Assembly: GCA_964016885.1 (NCBI GenBank)
Contig: OZ024741.1
Coordinates: 215,140,001-215,204,000 of the forward strand
DNA length: 64,000 nucleotides
Origin: Eledone cirrhosa
Taxonomy: Eukaryota
Reading direction: 5' to 3'
This document shows, piece by piece, positions 58,908 to 64,000 of the stretch. How positions within the stretch are numbered: position 1 is the stretch's first letter; each line of letters starts with the position of its first letter. Below the pieces are notes generated by a model. That model was not told where the DNA came from and did no database searches. It saw only the letters and a program-made list of their open reading frames with translations. The position numbers and the translations under genes were made by a program.

Positions 58908-59792
58908 ATGGGTAACATACTCTAGATATTAGTTATAACTTCACATGATAGGCACGTATTTGAATCACTATTAATGTAGTTTAGCATAGTAATGTAACTA
59001 AGATAACTAGCTAGTTACCTCCCCTTACGCATTAATTCCCCTTAGTCATTCAGGCACTTCCGGAATCTGGACAGCATGATATATTAATTAAGAACCGACT
59101 GGATACGGTTTATAGCTTGACTATATGCTGAACCACCGCGAAGTATACGATAGACGCGTGTTCTCTATATATATATTGCGTCTCATGGATTATGTGAGTG
59201 GTGGTGTGAGCAAGGACAGTGGTACGGCCTTGCCTACGATACAATAAGGTTTATAGTATGTCGAAAGTTTTTGATATTTTGGTGTTTCCCCGCATCCGAG
59301 ACTGTATATCATACAGATGTATGAGAATCAATGACTTAATAATTCAGCCTACATAATAAGATCGAGAACCTGCTTCAACTGCCTGACCCTGCAAATATCA
59401 TTCTGACGCACTCTAATCATGTATAAGTAAGACACGCGTGCATGCTACACGGGAGATTGTTTCATACACTGACTACTCTAAGCTTTCCTCTTGCTTTATC
59501 TTCATAGACTGCCAACGCTTCATGTTTATCTTTATTTTCACTCTTATTTTCACTCTTGTTTTTATTTTATTTTTATCCTGTAACCTTTATATGTAAATTG
59601 CCATGCTATATCATTTGATGAATGTCACCCCACTGTTGATCAATATGCGCATATGTTTTATGTGTCTCTTGGGTTGAAAAGGAGGTCAAGTATGTTATAA
59701 ATAGTTGCTCCGAAGAATCCAAACCTCGGTTTGGAGGAAACAATTGTAAGCAAATAAATAACTTAAACTGAACTTTGATTACTGTGATGTCT
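58908..59792 (+). mobile_element. Non-coding 3' UTR/pLTR of a PLE related to the 52.8-56.5 kb element
   Basis: Shares the HHR and patchy similarity (ATGAATGT..., tgtctct..ggaggtca, gaac..tttgatt) with 56265-56455. The left boundary is approximate. Confidence 0.65.
59705..59753 (+). ncRNA. Minimal hammerhead, CCGAAGA core
   Basis: TTGCT-CCGAAGA-aTCCAAACC(tc)GGTTTGGAg-GAAA-CAATTG-TA-AGCAA, followed by AATAAA. Confidence 0.8.
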
Positions 59793-59797
59793 ATATT

Positions 59798-59830
<33 letters not shown>

Positions 59831-59873
59831 ATGTGTGTGTATGTGTATGTGTGTATGTATACATATTTATATA

Positions 59874-59965
<92 letters not shown>

Positions 59966-59994
59966 GTATATATATATGTGTATGTATGTATATA

Positions 59995-60113
<119 letters not shown>

Positions 60114-60154
60114 GAGTGTATATATATATATATGTATATAAATATAGATAGGTA

Positions 60155-60199
60155 AATATTGCTGATGAGTTGTAACAACAACGAAACTAGTTCAATATT
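60155..60199 (+). ncRNA. Canonical-core type I hammerhead, copy 1
   Basis: AATATTG-CTGATGA-GTTGT(aaca)ACAAC-GAAA-CTAG-TT-CAATATT; predicted cut after GUU at 60192. Confidence 0.9.
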
Positions 60200-60629
60200 C
60201 CTTGTCTGGCTTTCTGGAGAATAGAGGGAAGGTGTTCCCCCGAAAACCAGTATGACTCTAAAAACCGGTTTGTCTGTGTGTTTACATACAGAATAGCTGA
60301 GTTGCTCACAGTAAAGCAACCAGTGAAAGACTTGTTACACCTACATATGTATACGTGTGTGTATTCATATACACACTAGTATTTCAGTATGCATATGTAG
60401 ATGTACATTTTTAACTTTTTAACTTAATTGTTTAAGCGTCAGTCATACAAAAGTGAGTTACAAACGAAACGAAATTTAATTTCGTTTCGTTATTTGTTTT
60501 TATCGTCTCCGCTGAACCGGTGCGTACTCACACTCTATGCAAATTAGTCTGCCCACTACTAATTTTCATAGAAAAAGCATATAACGATATGTGCTTTTAC
60601 AATTCTCCAGAAGGGCCGGTAGATAGGTA

Positions 60630-60674
60630 AATATTGCTGATGAGTTGTAACAACAACGAAACTAGTTCAATATT
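60630..60674 (+). ncRNA. Canonical-core type I hammerhead, copy 2
   Basis: Identical to 60155-60199; predicted cut after 60667. Confidence 0.9.
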
Positions 60675-60969
60675 CCTTGTCTGGCTTTCTGGAGAATAGA
60701 GGAAGGTGTTCCCCCGAAAACCAGTATGACTCTAAAAACCGGTTTGTCTGTGTGTTTACATACAGAATAGCTGAGTTGCTCACAGTAAAGCAACCAGTGA
60801 AAGACTTGTTACACCTACATATGTATACGTGTGTGTATTCATATACACACTAGTATTTCAGTATGCATATGTGGATGTACATTTTTAACTTTTTAACTTA
60901 ATTGTTTAAGCGTCAGTCATACAAAAGTGAGTTACAAACGAAACGAAATTTAATTTCGTTTCGTTATTT

Positions 60970-61019
<50 letters not shown>

Positions 61020-61027
<8 letters not shown>

Positions 61028-61567
61028 TTGGGGGGGGGGTGCGCGCGAGTGTGTGTATGATTGTGTGTGTTTGTGAATGTGTCTGTTGACTTTTGGAATA
61101 TAGTTTAAGAAAAATTTGAAGATAATGGTACGGTATGCACTCAATATTTTGAACTGGTCTATAGAATTCTCTAGGCCTTTGTCACTAAATAGAACCTTAA
61201 ATAATTAGCTTTTAAAGAATTTCCCTTTTCTGTAAATCCATCAACCATGACTGACCCCCAACCATCTTATAGACACCTGAAATATAGGCATTGTTAGCTT
61301 AAGAGAAACTTAAAAATAAGGAGTTGCACCCATACTGAACTTGTTTATAGAATTCTTTCTGCATTTGTTACTCTAAATATAAATTATAGCTTTAAAGAAT
61401 TAGCTTTTAATGAATTCCCTTTTCTATCAACCAATGACCTCTACCCACCCCACTCCCTACCCTCTCCTACCACCTGAAAAGACCTATAAATACCATATTT
61501 ATTTTTTGATACCCAGATTCCTGATGATTTCTAAAAAATGAAACAGTTCTAGTCCTGTAGAATCTCA

Positions 61568-61605
<38 letters not shown>

Positions 61606-61632
61606 TGAGATTCTACAGGACTAGAACTGTTT
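61020..61632 (+). mobile_element. Family B pLTR with HHR at 61515-61565 and a short inverted echo (61602-61632) across a (TA)n tract
   Basis: AGATTC-CTGATGA-tttctaaaaaat-GAAA-CAG(ttctagtc)CTG-TA-GAATCT; reverse complement of 51480-52020. Confidence 0.85.
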
Positions 61633-61987
61633 ATATATATAGTATTTTAATTATGTCTCATATAAAATAATACAACTGGCTATCCGCAAAATACATTTAA
61701 TTAGCACCCCAAACGTAAAATTGGGATTATACTAAGGTATATCCTAATGTTTGTTGAGTGAGATGGAAGCCGGTCAGTGTATTGCTTAAAGCTTTCTCTG
61801 TTAATGTATTAAATATATATATATATATTAAAATAACAGATTAAAGTTTAAGTAAAGAAGCGCTGCTTTCACCCATAACGGGAACTTCTGAAACTCTTTT
61901 AATCTGTTATTTTAATAAATATTTTCTCTAGGGTTCTTATATATTTGATATATATTTATCCTTATCGAGCCCTTTTTGGATTATTAT

Positions 61988-62041
<54 letters not shown>

Positions 62042-62188
62042 GTTCATTCTACTGACATGGCTTTAAAAATGAGGTTGTTTGCATAATTGCAAACGAAGCG
62101 AATATTATTATTAATATTAACTCAGATTACATTTATTGTATTCAGTTATGCAGAGCGATAATGTTTAAAAAAAAAAAAAAAAAAAAAA

Positions 62189-62266
<78 letters not shown>

Positions 62267-62399
62267 CCTTTATATATATATATAAAGGGAAAAAACGAAA
62301 AAATATCTAACAGAAATATCCTCTTATAAAAAGTAAAAGACAGGCATAATAACTAAACAAATATTGACGATATATAAATTAATAAAGCAACCGACCAAA

Positions 62400-62765
62400 C
62401 AGTGGAGTATGCAGCTACCTCTTAGAAGGTTCTGTATTTCACATCAAAGAGGAACCTATTTCCAAAATTAAAAACGTCTTCTCGCATAACTCATACAATT
62501 CAATATATACAACATGTAATGTTTGCCATGAACACTACATTAGGCAAACAGCTGTGACACGCCGACATCCCGTCAAAGGACGGCAGCAAGCCGTTAAACA
62601 TTCGAGAACAGTACACTAGAAAAATCGCCTTGACTCAACATATGGAGTGTTGCAGGGAACGAAACAAGCTAAATTTCAATTTCCTATTATTCTAACCAAG
62701 CAGCTAATAGACATAAGAACAACAACACATTTATAAGGAAATGTACTGTAAAACTGAATAGAAAC
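62400..62765 (+). pseudogene. Heavily decayed Neptune-type GIY-YIG fragment
   Basis: IKNVFSHNSYNSIYTTCNVCHEHYIRQT aligns by eye with [29 protein letters not shown] at 56.9 kb. Confidence 0.55.
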
Positions 62766-63115
62766 CAAATCAAAATCTCGTTGTACAAACCAGTTGTACC
62801 CTTCTCATACAAAAGACAGAAGCGAAACACAAGAGCGTATATTCAACACAAGCAAAAATCAAAATGAAAAGTTGATATGCTATTCACGGCGAAATCGCTT
62901 AGTACGAAATATAATTAAATAATCATAGCTTTTCTGAAAATGCACCAATATTTTTAGAAAAAGATAGTAATTTTGCGTAAACTAATTTCTCTTCGTTGTG
63001 TACTACAAAATTGCATGAATATATGAAAAACACCATTAGTTGCATCTTTAAGTTTTTATTATTTCCCACTCATAAGTATATTGTAGATAAATATATAGTG
63101 TATATTTTCATATAT

Positions 63116-63301
<186 letters not shown>

Positions 63302-63700
63302 ACTGCAGCGATCGGACGTGTGTCTCTCTCCTTCCTCTCGACCACTCAGTCTTGAACTTAAGTTCTCTTATCGAGTGGTCTTGGATTTCCTACCTATAGT
63401 TGCTCGCATATTTTGGTTTGTTGTTGTTTTTTCGCTGTTTTGTTACTGTTTTCTCTTTTGTTCCCCTTTGCTCCTTTTTCCGTTTTCCCAATAACTTACC
63501 CAGTTATTGAACGGCCTGGGGCGAGGTTTATTGTCTTTAAAGCGTAGAAATATCCGAGACCCCCAGTAGACAACTGATGAGGAACCCCCCTCTCCGTTCT
63601 TGCTTTCTTCGTATTCCCACTGCATTTTAAGTAACCTTAAATAGCAACTACACAGCCATTTCTATTCTCCAAATATTTCATCATTATATATATATATAGT

Positions 63701-63976
63701 AGTGAAGGAGTGAAGAATAACCTGGTCGGCTGTACAAAAGGGTTTTATTTACAGTATTAACAATTGTTTCATTGATCAGCTGAGTTTAAAGGCCGCTAAT
63801 CACTCGAAATTGCGTCACTCGATCTTAAATACAGTGTGTGTCTCTGATCAAATCATCGGAATACTCCGGAGTATTCCGATGATTTGATTAGACTCACCTG
63901 ATCAATGAAACAATTATTAATACTGTAAATAAAACCCTTTTTGTACAGCCGACCATGTTATTCTTCACTCCTTCAC
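63701..63976. mobile_element. Fold-back element made of two back-to-back hammerheads plus tails
   Basis: Axis at CTCCGGAG (63864-63871). Minus HHR 63753-63865: AGTATT-CCGATGA-tTTGATCAG..CTGATCAAt-GAAA-CAATTG-TT-AATACT. Plus HHR 63870-63924 has a shorter stem II. Confidence 0.85.
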
Positions 63977-64000
63977 TTCTATTACTCCAAGAATAACCTG

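Larger units (their letters stand above)
60146..60973 (+). mobile_element. Retrozyme-like element, copy B: ~1.7 direct tandem copies of a 475-nt non-coding unit with two intact HHRs
   Basis: 60146-60498 is repeated at 60621-60973 almost identically; CTGATGA at 60162 and 60637; flanked by (TA)n. Confidence 0.85.

Noticed and set aside
60182-60199. Similarity of the HHR reverse complement (attgaactagttt) to the satellite monomer (attgaacctagttt)
   Set aside because: A short AT-rich match with a gap; the rest of the monomer does not align, so chance is sufficient.
63574-63600. CTGATGA followed by a GAAC/GTTC stem
   Set aside because: GAAA and stems I and III are absent.

Overview
AT-rich animal genomic DNA with no recognisable host gene. 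It is probably from a cephalopod (octopus-like), inferred from a SINE resembling octopus tRNA-derived SINEs and from dense (TA)n/(CA)n tracts. About 33 kb (11.6-44.9 kb) is a 32-bp satellite that has captured a ~295-bp piece of its own right flank as a ~2-kb higher-order unit (11 internal copies plus the terminal source copy). The other ~31 kb is a mosaic of mobile DNA sitting in (TA)n tracts. It contains two Naiad-type and two Neptune-type Penelope-like element (PLE) remnants, a mariner relic with a nested SINE, a Helitron-like insert and a tiny MITE. The main hidden signal is RNA structure: about 20 type I hammerhead ribozyme (HHR) motifs from roughly nine sequence families on both strands. 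Many sit in fold-back palindromes, and several have non-canonical cores (U3:A8, U4C, mismatched 10.1-11.1). Two diverged, non-coding 430-475-nt HHR units show tandem or circularly permuted organisation with covarying structure, which makes them a candidate retrozyme (circular RNA retroelement) family. All calls are by eye; no alignment, folding or database search was run.
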